NCBI GenBank assembly: GCA_963850905.1
Contig: CAWKMU010000004.1
Span: forward strand, 224,001 to 288,000
Reading direction: 5' to 3'
DNA length: 64,000 nt
Source of the DNA: an uncultured Gemmatimonadales bacterium
GTDB taxonomy: Bacteria; Gemmatimonadota; Gemmatimonadetes; Gemmatimonadales; Gemmatimonadaceae
Shown here: piece by piece, positions 1 through 8,018 of the stretch
Layout: the number at the start of each line of letters is the position of its first letter
Position numbering within the stretch: the first letter of the stretch is position 1
Program-made: the position numbers and the translations under genes
Notes under the pieces: model-generated
What the model was told of the DNA's origin: nothing
Databases searched by the model: none
What the model saw: only the letters and a program-made list of their open reading frames with translations

Positions 1-644
1 CGCCGCGCGTTTTCCTCGAGGATCAGCTCGCAGATGTCGACCAGCGTGCGTTCGTCGAAGACCGTCCCCGTTGGGTTGAGGGGCGAGTTCACGACGAGCA
101 GCCGTGCGCCACGGACGAGGGGTTCGAGCATTGCGCGCGTCGGAAGGAAGGCGGTCGCCGCATCGCATACGATCGGCACGCCCTGCGCTCCGACTAACTG
201 GCAATAGTACGAGTAGTTCCACGACGGCACCGAGAAGAGCACGCGGTCACCGGGATCAACCAGAGTGCGGTATGCGGCATACACGGCCGGGCGCGCGCCG
301 CTCATGACGAGCGTGCCCTCGAGGGGGTACTCGAGCCCGAGCCAATCGCGGCTGTAGCTCCGAATGGCGTCGCGCAACGAGGGAACGCCATTGCCGGGTG
401 GATAGTTGGTCTCGCCCGCTCGCAGCGCGTGCTCGATGCCTTCACGCAGCACCGTCGGGACCGGGAATTGACGCGGATCGAAGTCGCCCACCGTCAGGTT
501 GCAAACTTTGCGGCCTTGTCCGACGAGCGTTCGCACCTCGCCCGCGATCTTGAGGATCGCGGAGCCGAGCATCCCGTCGGCCATCGCCGACACGCGCCGC
601 GCACTGGTCCGCTCAGTGGCCGGAGACCGTCCAGCAGAAGACAT
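1..644 (-). CDS. PLP-dependent aminotransferase class I/II (3' end runs off window)
   Basis: Manual minus-strand translation from ATG at 644: MSSAGRSP...MLGSAILKIAGEVR...NLTVGDFDP...TNYPPGNGVPSLR...VNSPLNPNGTVF; the NSPxNPxG motif is typical of aspartate aminotransferase-like enzymes. Not in the ORF track because it lacks a stop in the window. Confidence 0.85.
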   Translation of the reverse strand, partial: MSSAGRSPATERTSARRVSAMADGMLGSAILKIAGEVRTLVGQGRKVCNLTVGDFDPRQFPVPTVLREGIEHALRAGETNYPPGNGVPSLRDAIRSYSRDWLGLEYPLEGTLVMSGARPAVYAAYRTLVDPGDRVLFSVPSWNYSYYCQLVGAQGVPIVCDAATAFLPTRAMLEPLVRGARLLVVNSPLNPTGTVFDERTLVDICELILEENAR

Positions 645-806
645 TGGAGAACGGGGTTAGAGATTAGAGGTGAGCAACACCGAGCGGCCACAACGCAACA
701 CGGCCACGCAGGCCCGTGTGTGACGCGGTCGCGGCGGCATTGCATCGCCCGTTGTGGTCGGCAGCCAATCGGCTGGCCGACGGATCAAGCTGACAAATCT
801 GCTGCA

Positions 807-1559
807 TCACTGCATCACTCTGATGCGAATATTGCGGAGCTCGAGTGATCCCGCGTGATCGCCCTGGATGCCGATGTAACCACGCGGCGCGCGCCCGTAG
901 TTCGGCCACGCGGCGAACTTGCTTTGTTTCACGCGCGCCGCCCAGTCAGGACTCTCGAGGTCGTATGCCAGCAGCTTCTGGCCATTCATCCAGTGTTCCA
1001 CGTGCATCCCGCACACGATGATGCGCGTCGAGTTCCACTGGTTTGCAGACTTCACGATGCCCGCCGGCGCCGGGTACAAGGCATAGTCCGCACCCGCTGC
1101 CGTCAGTCGGCTGCGGCCGTCCGGAGCGAGCGAGTCATCCAGGAGTTGGTACTCGGGGGCACTCCAATAAATGTGATCGTACTCCTCCGTCCCTCGATAG
1201 AAGATGCCGGAGTTGCCACCGGGGGCGATTTTCCAATCGATCTCGAGCTCGAAATCACCAAACTGCTCGGTCGTCACGATGTCCTGGGTCTGCGCCTCTT
1301 TGTGCAGCGTGCCCCCACTGACGCTCCACCCAGCCGGCATCGTAGATGCGCGATACCCGCGCCAGCCCGTCGTTGTTCGGCCATCAAACAGCGTGCGCCA
1401 GGCACCCGAGGTGTCGCCAGGCGAGCACGCCCGGAACGTCGGGGCGCCGTTACTCGCCGCCGGACGACGCCCTGCAGCGAGGAGACCGGCCGCCGCACAT
1501 GCAACCGTCGTCGAAACCAACGCCCGGCGAGCGACGATCCACGGCGCGCTCGTGACCAC
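807..1559 (-). CDS. DUF1080 / 3-keto-disaccharide hydrolase family protein, exported
   Basis: WRTLFDGRTTTGW, GDFELEIDWKIAPGGNSGIFY, PEYQLLD, IGIQGDH...RNIRIR motifs. Probable GTG start at 1559 after AGGAG; hydrophobic N-terminus. Confidence 0.88.
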   Translation of the reverse strand: MVTSAPWIVARRALVSTTVACAAAGLLAAGRRPAASNGAPTFRACSPGDTSGAWRTLFDGRTTTGWRGYRASTMPAGWSVSGGTLHKEAQTQDIVTTEQFGDFELEIDWKIAPGGNSGIFYRGTEEYDHIYWSAPEYQLLDDSLAPDGRSRLTAAGADYALYPAPAGIVKSANQWNSTRIIVCGMHVEHWMNGQKLLAYDLESPDWAARVKQSKFAAWPNYGRAPRGYIGIQGDHAGSLELRNIRIRVMQ

Positions 1560-1588
1560 GCGATCTCCTGTTGGTAGCCGTTCGGACC

Positions 1589-3145
1589 TCAAATGGCCCA
1601 TCCCGCGCGGTACGGCCGCGAGAGGTACTGATTGGCCTCTGGGAAGTTCGTGACGCGCATGGCGGCGCCGTCGTAGTCGATGCGCTGCCCTTGCCCCGTG
1701 CGCAGCGCGACGACGCCCAGCAGCATCGTCTCGGTGAGTTGTGCCGCGTATTCGATCGGTGAGCTCGCCTGCGCCTGCCCCTTGCACGCCTTGGCCCAGT
1801 TCAATTCGTGGGACCAGGTGATGCGGGGGATGCGCTGGGGCACGGCGAGCGCGCGCTCCAGCAACGACGCGGGGAACAGTCGAGGATTGGCGCCGTAGGT
1901 GTCGTTCATGAGGACACCCTTTTCGCCGACGAAGATCACGCCACCTTCGCTCGTGAGTGGGACGTCGTCTGGGAGGACGTCCGGTCGCCGCGGAAAGAGC
2001 CCTCCGTCGTACCAGCTCAAACGCACCGGCGGTTCTGAGCCCCGCGCGGGGAACGTGTAATGCACCGTCGTCGCCGCGGGGTACGATACCGGACGGCGAC
2101 GTGGCGCTACCGCCGGCGGTGTCGCTGTCGACGCGTACTCGACTGGTACCGGCACGGTCCCCCACGGCGTGGAGGTAGCCTCGATACTCGTCGGATAGGT
2201 CAGCCCGAGCGCCCAGAAAGGCTGGTCGATCAAGTGCGCGCCCATGTCTCCCAGCGCGCCGACTCCGAAGTCGATCCAGCCCCGCCAGTTGAACGGGTGG
2301 TAGATCGGATGGTACGGGACGTCGGTCGCGACCGGCCCCAGATAGAGATCCCATCGAAGGCCGGGCGGCGGCGTTGTACCGCTGCCCATCGCGACGGCCA
2401 GGACATCGTTGACGTGCTGCGTGGTCCACGGATTGTCGAATGGACTCGTGGCCTCGCTCGGCAGCGGGCCGCCGCTCGGACGGGGAATCCCCTGCGGCCA
2501 GTAGACGAGCGGGCGGTTCGTCCACACATGCACTTCCCGCACGGCGCCAATGATTCCGGCTTGCACCCACTCATTGATGAGTCGAGCGCCCTCGCTCGAG
2601 TGACCCTGGTTCCCCATCTGAGTGACGAGCTTCGGATTCGCGAGAGCCGTCGCGCGCAGCACGCGCGCCTCGTGCACGGAGTAGGTCAACGGCTTCTGGA
2701 CGTACACATGCTTGCCAAGGTCCATGGCTGCCTTGGCGGCAACCGCGTGCACGTGGTCGGGGGTCGCGATGACGACGGCATCGATGTCCTTCTGGCGGTC
2801 GAGCATCGCGCGAAAATCATCGTACCGTGCGGCCTTGGCGAACTGGTCCTGCAGCCTCTGCCCGTCGGCGAGCACGGTGTCGTCTCGGTCGCGCAGATGC
2901 TCAGCCATCTTGTGTTCGGCGTAGGCAAAGTCCACGTCGCAGATCGCGACAATGTTCTCAGTCTGCGCCAGCACACGCGCGTTGCTCGACCCCATTCCCC
3001 CGAATCCGACGATCGCGATGTTCAGGGTGTCGCTGGGCGCCTGGTAACCGACGCCACCGAGCACTCGGCGCGGCACGATCATGGCCCCTATCGCCAGCTT
3101 GCTGGCGTCGCTCACAAATTCCCGCCGACTGACGTCGTGCGTCAT
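1589..3145 (-). CDS. Gfo/Idh/MocA family oxidoreductase, Tat signal
   Basis: SRREFV twin-arginine motif, [11 protein letters not shown]ossmann motif, [35 protein letters not shown]. Confidence 0.92.
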   Translation of the reverse strand: MTHDVSRREFVSDASKLAIGAMIVPRRVLGGVGYQAPSDTLNIAIVGFGGMGSSNARVLAQTENIVAICDVDFAYAEHKMAEHLRDRDDTVLADGQRLQDQFAKAARYDDFRAMLDRQKDIDAVVIATPDHVHAVAAKAAMDLGKHVYVQKPLTYSVHEARVLRATALANPKLVTQMGNQGHSSEGARLINEWVQAGIIGAVREVHVWTNRPLVYWPQGIPRPSGGPLPSEATSPFDNPWTTQHVNDVLAVAMGSGTTPPPGLRWDLYLGPVATDVPYHPIYHPFNWRGWIDFGVGALGDMGAHLIDQPFWALGLTYPTSIEATSTPWGTVPVPVEYASTATPPAVAPRRRPVSYPAATTVHYTFPARGSEPPVRLSWYDGGLFPRRPDVLPDDVPLTSEGGVIFVGEKGVLMNDTYGANPRLFPASLLERALAVPQRIPRITWSHELNWAKACKGQAQASSPIEYAAQLTETMLLGVVALRTGQGQRIDYDGAAMRVTNFPEANQYLSRPYRAGWAI

Positions 3146-3281
3146 GGCATTCGACCTCCGGCAAGAGGGAGCCCCTTCGCGCGATGCAAATGTACCGTCG
3201 GGAGTTTGAGGGCGTTACTGCTGCACGCGGCAGCGGGCGGCGCGGTCGAGCAGCGCGGGCGCGATCTCGAGACCGGCGAAC

Positions 3282-3315
3282 AAAAAAATCGCGCCGACGT
3301 GAAAACTCGGCGCGA
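3282..3315 (-). terminator. Rho-independent terminator after tRNA-Gly
   Basis: Minus strand TCGCGCCGA-loop-TCGGCGCGA followed by T7. Confidence 0.8.
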
Positions 3316-3350
3316 CCGGTCCGGGTGCGCGGGACGGTACCTTGACTCAG

Positions 3351-3423
<73 letters not shown>

Positions 3424-3590
3424 AAGAACAACCGAACTGCGGTGGAATGACTCGACCGATCGGCACTCGGCGCGTTCGACGAGACGGTGCCCAGCCCCCT
3501 CCCAGCGCTCTGCAATGTGGGCCGCCTCGAGGCACCGGGTCAAGTCCGCTGGCGGACAACCAGCCCGGCGTCCCGTGGCTGGCGTGCGAG

Positions 3591-3666
3591 CGCCTAGCGG
3601 CTAGTGTTGAGGTCCAACGGCCAGCGTCTAGCGTCCAGTGTCTAGCGTTCAGCGCCTAGCGTCTAG
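3591..3666. repeat. Degenerate heptamer tandem tract (CGTCTAG-like)
   Basis: cgcctag cggctag ... cgtctag cgtccag tgtctag cgttcag cgcctag cgtctag. Confidence 0.8.
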
Positions 3667-3841
3667 CCATACGTATCGGGCGATACGCCAGCGACGTATG
3701 GGGCCAATACATCCAGGCCGCCACGGACGGGGACAGCCCCGTCACGTCGTGATAGGCGAACGACTCCTCTTGTCTCCCCAAACCGCGGGCATCGGCATAA
3801 CGTCCGCCCGTGACGTCGAGACCCGCGTAACGTCTTTCTTA

Positions 3842-3870
3842 TTGACGAGATACATGGGTTTGCATATAGT
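3842..3870 (+). promoter_or_regulatory. sigma70-type promoter upstream of Pal-like gene
   Basis: TTGACG-17 nt-TATAGT in an AT-rich patch about 120 nt upstream of the ATG. Confidence 0.7.
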
Positions 3871-3991
3871 TGTCACGCCACCATTTATTAGCCCCGACCG
3901 CGCACTGGCTCGGCCGGGCCGTAGACACTGCGCGGCCGGGGCTCTCGTCACCGGCCCTGTCTCCATTTCTCTCTCACAAGGATCGCCCGTC

Positions 3992-4570
3992 ATGTCCCGC
4001 TTCCTCGTTCACCGCGTGCAAGACGTCCCCGCGGCTGCGCTGGGACTCGTGGTGATGGCTGCCGTCTCGGGCTGCCACCACCCGCCGCCGCCCGCTCCCG
4101 CGCCGCAACCCGTCGCGTCCGCCCCCGCACCGCAGCAGCAGGCCGCGCCGACCCCGGTCACCCCTGTCTCCGATGACGGCGCGGCGCGCCGCGCAGCGGA
4201 GGCGGCCCGCAGCACGCTCCTGCAGATGACGTTCTTCGAGTTCGACAAGTCGGAGCTCACCGACCAGGGCCGCGCCATCCTCGACGCGAAGATCCCGATC
4301 CTCCAGATGAACCCCTCACTCCACATCCGGATCGATGGGAACTGCGATGATCGCGGCTCCGACGAGTACAACATGGCCCTCGGCCAGCGTCGGGCAGCAA
4401 TCGCCAAGCGCTACCTCACCGACCACGGCGTCGACGCCTCGCGTATCGACATCATTAGCTACGGCAAGGAGCGCCCGTTCGCCCAGGGCAACGACGAATC
4501 TGCCTGGGCCAAGAACCGGAACGATCAGTTCGAGATCGTGGGCGGACCGCAGGAGCTGAAGACCAGCTGA
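3992..4570 (+). CDS. pal: Peptidoglycan-associated lipoprotein (OmpA C-like domain)
   Basis: Lipobox VSGC, Pro-rich linker, FFEFDKSEL, IRIDGNCDDRGSDEYNMALGQRRA, ISYGKERP. ATG 3992 after AAGGA. Confidence 0.85.
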   Translation: MSRFLVHRVQDVPAAALGLVVMAAVSGCHHPPPPAPAPQPVASAPAPQQQAAPTPVTPVSDDGAARRAAEAARSTLLQMTFFEFDKSELTDQGRAILDAKIPILQMNPSLHIRIDGNCDDRGSDEYNMALGQRRAAIAKRYLTDHGVDASRIDIISYGKERPFAQGNDESAWAKNRNDQFEIVGGPQELKTS

Positions 4571-4576
4571 GAACTG

Positions 4577-4706
4577 CAGGGACCAGGGGTCAGGTTCCAG
4601 GGGTCAGGAACAAACTCAAAGGCCAGTCACGGTCCGCCGCGACTGGCCTTTGAGTTTGTTCGCTGTTCGCCGGTCCCCTGGTCCTTGACCCCTGGTCCCT
4701 GACCCC
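4577..4706. repeat. Inverted heptamer tracts (CAGGGGT-like / CCTGACC-like) flanking the hairpin
   Basis: cagggac caggggt caggttc caggggt caggaac on the left; cctggtc cttgacc cctggtc cctgacc on the right. Confidence 0.8.
4608..4661. terminator. Long hairpin, probable bidirectional terminator between pal and tRNA cluster
   Basis: GAACAAACTCAAAGGCCAGTC ... GACTGGCCTTTGAGTTTGTTC, 21-bp perfect inverted repeat between convergent units. Confidence 0.8.
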
Positions 4707-4725
4707 AGCCGTTCCCGCTTCCCCA

Positions 4726-4797
4726 AGCCACAGGTCGGGATTGAACCGACGACCGCCCGATTACGAATCGGGTGCTCTACCACTGAGCTACTGTGGC
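4726..4797 (-). tRNA. tRNA-Thr(CGT)
   Basis: GCCACAG acceptor; anticodon arm CCCGA-TTCGTAA-TCGGG. Confidence 0.95.
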
Positions 4798-4870
4798 GCA
4801 GACCGCAGCACTGACCACGTAGCGCGGACGGTCGACCGCGAGGTGTCGTAACGGTGCTGCCTACCTACCA

Positions 4871-4952
4871 TGCCCTGGCGCGGACTCGAACCGCGACGCC
4901 TTGCGGCACCACCCCCTCAAGATGGCGTGTCTACCAATTTCACCACCAGGGC
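4871..4952 (-). tRNA. tRNA-Leu(GAG)
   Basis: GCCCTGG acceptor; CCATC-TTGAGGG-GGTGG anticodon arm; long variable arm. Confidence 0.95.
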
Positions 4953-5025
4953 GACGGGCGCTCACGCGCCCGAAAAAATAGAACTACAGAAAATTGAAAG
5001 TCGATAAATCACTCAACAACCCGAG

Positions 5026-5099
5026 CGGGACTGACGGGGCTCGAACCCGCGACCTCCGGTGTGACAGACCGGCACTCTAACCAGCTGAGCTACAGTCCC
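5026..5099 (-). tRNA. tRNA-Asp(GTC)
   Basis: GGGACTG acceptor; CCGGT-CTGTCAC-ACCGG anticodon arm. Confidence 0.95.
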
Positions 5100-5180
5100 T
5101 TTTTTTCGCCGCGCGGCGGCTCCTCCACTCCCTCCATACTACACGCTGCACTCGCCCATCACCCAGCCGTCACCCGACCA

Positions 5181-5252
5181 TAGCCCCAACGGGAGTCGAA
5201 CCCGTCTCTCCACCTTGAAAGGGTGACGTCCTGACCGATAGACGATGGGGCC
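5181..5252 (-). tRNA. tRNA-Glu(TTC)
   Basis: GGCCCCA acceptor; anticodon loop CTTTCAA; GGTTCGACTCC T-arm. Confidence 0.94.
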
Positions 5253-5288
5253 GTGCACCTCCGGCCTCTCCTCCTACGCCGACCTTCA

Positions 5289-5361
5289 TAGCGGTAACGG
5301 GATTCGAACCCGTGTTTGAGCCTTGAGAGGGCTCCGTCCTAGTCCCCTAGACGATACCGCC
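5289..5361 (-). tRNA. tRNA-Glu(CTC)
   Basis: GGCGGTA acceptor; GAGCC-CTCTCAA-GGCTC anticodon arm. Confidence 0.94.
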
Positions 5362-5381
5362 GGCGGCCGCTCACGCGGCCG

Positions 5382-5527
5382 AGAAAGTAGAAGTTCTGAA
5401 AGTAGAAAGTAGACGAAAAAACTCGGCATGGCACCACTGTCTGCCCAAGATCTCCCATCTCCCCGACTCGCAACCTCTCCCCTCTCCTTTCACGTCTACT
5501 TTCTACTTTCTGCTTTTCTACTTTCTT
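5382..5527. repeat. Inverted heptamer tracts (AAAGTAG)n ... (CTACTTT)n in a tRNA spacer
   Basis: gaaagtag aagttctg aaagtag aaagtag at 5382-5412 and ctacttt ctacttt ctgcttt tctacttt at 5495-5527. Confidence 0.8.
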
Positions 5528-5541
5528 GTGCGCGCAGCGCA

Positions 5542-5614
5542 CAGGCCCGGAGGGACTCGAACCCCCAACCGCTGGTTTTGGAGACCAGTGCTCTACCAAT
5601 TGAGCTACGGACCT
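5542..5614 (-). tRNA. tRNA-Trp(CCA)
   Basis: AGGTCCG acceptor; CTGGT-CTCCAAA-ACCAG anticodon arm. Confidence 0.95.
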
Positions 5615-5640
5615 ATCGAATCGCGTTCAGACTCGATCAG

Positions 5641-5715
5641 GGTGACTGATGGGAATTGAACCCACAACCCCCGGAGCCACAGTCCGGTGCTCTAACCAAT
5701 TGAGCTACAGTCACC
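5641..5715 (-). tRNA. tRNA-His(GTG)
   Basis: G-1 plus GTGACTG acceptor; CCGGA-CTGTGGC-TCCGG anticodon arm. Confidence 0.95.
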
Positions 5716-5807
5716 ATTACCCCGCGCCATGCGGGCCGCCCCGCCCCAACCAACCCATCTCTAATTTGGCTTTTTCCGCGAGGCAAACACACCGCTGCTC
5801 CGGGTCG

Positions 5808-6373
5808 TTACTTCGCTCGGTCGACGTACTCGCCAGTCTGCGGGTTCACCCGCACGCGCTCACCCGTGCTCACGAACTCCGGCACGTTGATCGTGACGCC
5901 ATTCTCCAGCTTCGCCGGCTTGGTCGATGCCGTCTTGGTCGCCGTCTTCATGACCGGCGCCGTGTCGACGATCTCGAGCGTCAGCGAGTTGCGGCAGCTG
6001 GATCCCGATCGGCCGGCCGTCGTAATACTCGGCCTGGATCTGCATCCCGGGCTGCATCCACTGCGCGCTGTCGCCCAAGCATCTCCTCGTCCATCTCGAG
6101 CTGGTCGTAGTTCTCCGTATTCATGAAGTGGTAGGTGTCACCACCCTTGTACAGGAACTCGAGGTCGTGCGTCTCCATGGACGCGCGCTCGACTGAGTCG
6201 GCCGCGCGAAAGCGATGCTCGAAGCTGGACCCGCTCCGCAGGTTCTTGAGCTTCGCCTGCACCATCGCCCGGAGATTCCCGGGCGTGTGATGCCGAAATT
6301 CGAGCACGCGACACGGCTCGCCCTCGAAGACCAGCACCATTCCTCGCCGGATTTGCGTCGCCGGCATGGCCAT
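5808..6373 (-). CDS. efp: Elongation factor P (two apparent +1 frameshifts near 6075 and 5990)
   Basis: Three consecutive frames give MAMPATQIRRGMV...HHTPGNLRAMVQAKLKNL...YHFMNTENYDQLE / DSAQWMQPGMQIQAEYYDGRPIGIQLP / NSLTLEIVDTAPVMKTATKTASTKPAKLENGVTINVPEFVSTGERVRVNPQTGEYVDRAK*. Span 566 nt = 188 codons + 2. Confidence 0.93.
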
Positions 6374-6427
6374 ATAAGAAACCTTATTGACAGAAGTGAT
6401 TGTCGAGCTAACAGCAGACAGCCTTTA

Positions 6428-6457
6428 AATTTACGTCCCGCGATCGAGCATCGTCAA
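6428..6457 (-). promoter_or_regulatory. sigma70-type promoter for efp
   Basis: Minus strand TTGACG-18 nt-TAAATT, about 55 nt upstream of the efp ATG. Confidence 0.55.
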
Positions 6458-6489
6458 CGGGTACCGCTGGTCTGCGCCAACCGTGATGC

Positions 6490-7312
6490 TCAGGAGACAG
6501 GCGGCGCAGCCACTCGCGTGGACGTCCGCGCCCGCAGGACCGGCTCGAGTCCTGACCAAACCGTGGCCGCCACGATGCGCTCGCCTGTCACGTTGGGGTG
6601 CATCCCATCCGCCTGGTTGAGCGCCGGCTCGCCCGCGACGCCCCGCAGGAGAAACGGCAGCAGCGTCGCCCCCTGCGCCCGAGCCACCGCCGGATACAAG
6701 TCGTGAAAGGCACGCGTGTATCGCGGGACCGAGATTGGGCGGCGCCTCCATCTGCACGAGTAGGATCGCCGCCCGCGGATCTGCGCGCCGCACGGAATCG
6801 AGGATCGCGGCAATGTGCGCCTTGGTCGAATCGACATCGAGACCGCGAAGCCCGTCGTTGGCCCCGGTCTCCAACACGAACACGGCGACAGGCTGTCGCA
6901 GGAGCCACGACACGCGCCGGAGCGCGCCAGCCGACGTCTCGCCGCTCAACCCGGCATTGACGACGCGATACGGCAATCCGACGGAATCGACTTTGCGTTG
7001 CAGGAGCGCCGGGTAGGCCTGGTCGGGATCGAGGCCGAGACCCGCGGTCAGGCTCGTCCCGACGATCAGCACCGTGCCCCGGCTGGTTGACGCAGTCGAA
7101 TCCGTGCGCCGACTCAGCGCGCCGCTCTCCTGCGACGTACTTTGCGGGGTGGCCGCGGGCGGTTTGGCGTCGCTGGTGCAACCGGCGGCGACCACCGTCA
7201 GGTAGAGCGCGGCCGCGCCCGCGACGGCGCGCCGGCACAGCCTCGCGTTGCCGCGGCTGCCGTCGCGACCCGCGCTGCACCCCCATCGCCTCCGATCCGC
7301 TCCCTCTGTCAT
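6490..7312 (-). CDS. tesA: GDSL/SGNH arylesterase (TesA-like) lipoprotein, one apparent +1 frameshift near 6725
   Basis: GTSLTAG, NAGLSGETSAG, ETGANDGLRG, then next frame RYTRAF...PFLL...NQADGMHPN. Lipobox-like AAGC; head-to-head with ybbA as in E. coli. Confidence 0.85.
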
Positions 7313-8018
7313 GCTTGTCGCTCGCGAATTGACCAAAGAATACCGGAGTGGCGACTCCATCCTCCGGGCACTCGACTCGGTGTCGTTCGAAATCCCGCAG
7401 GGCGCCTATGTCGCCATCGTCGGCGCCTCCGGAAGCGGCAAGACCACCTTGCTCGGCTTGCTCGCCGGACTCGACACCGCGACGCGAGGTACGGTCCTGA
7501 TCGACGGCGTCGACCTCGGCCCACTATCTGAGGATGCGCGGGCAAAGCTCCGCGGAGAAAAGGTAGGCTTCGTGTTCCAGAGCTTTCAACTCATCCCGAC
7601 GTTGACTGCGCTCGAGAATGTCGCCGTCCCGCTCGAGCTCCGCGGTGATGCCGACGCTGCCTCGCGCGGACGCGACCTGCTCGACCGAGTCGGGCTCGCC
7701 GCCCGGGCCGACCACTTCCCGGCGCAGCTGTCCGGAGGCGAGCAGCAACGCGTCGCCATCGCCCGGGCCTTCGCCAATCGTCCGCGCGTCCTCTTCGCCG
7801 ATGAGCCGACCGGCAATCTGGACGCCGCCACAGGCGCCCGCGTCATCGAGTTGCTGGAAGCGCTGAATCACGAGTCCGGATCGACCGTCATCATCGTGAG
7901 CCACGACCTCACCCTCGCCGCGCGGGCGGGACGCATCCTGCATCTCGATGATGGACGCATCGCGGCCGACACCCCGCGCGACCGCGCGAGCCGAGTGGTC
8001 GGCGGCGTCGCTTCGTGA
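7311..8018 (+). CDS. ybbA: ABC transporter ATP-binding protein (YbbA/LolD-like)
   Basis: Walker [34 protein letters not shown]. Confidence 0.9.
   Translation: MLVARELTKEYRSGDSILRALDSVSFEIPQGAYVAIVGASGSGKTTLLGLLAGLDTATRGTVLIDGVDLGPLSEDARAKLRGEKVGFVFQSFQLIPTLTALENVAVPLELRGDADAASRGRDLLDRVGLAARADHFPAQLSGGEQQRVAIARAFANRPRVLFADEPTGNLDAATGARVIELLEALNHESGSTVIIVSHDLTLAARAGRILHLDDGRIAADTPRDRASRVVGGVAS

Noticed and set aside
1560..2570. N-terminal extension of the 587-aa ORF 807..2570
   Set aside because: Overlaps the Gfo/Idh/MocA gene in another frame; the real DUF1080 start is near 1559 with an RBS.
5181..5361. G1-U72 wobble in both tRNA-Glu acceptor stems
   Set aside because: Occurs in tRNA-Glu of other high-GC bacteria; not unusual enough.
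5985..6080. Programmed ribosomal frameshifting in efp
   Set aside because: Two shifts would be needed, no slippery heptamer is evident, and similar indels occur in several unrelated genes nearby; sequencing error is simpler.
7310..7313. Head-to-head start-codon overlap (CATG) of tesA and ybbA
   Set aside because: Divergent overlap of tesA and ybbA is already known from E. coli.
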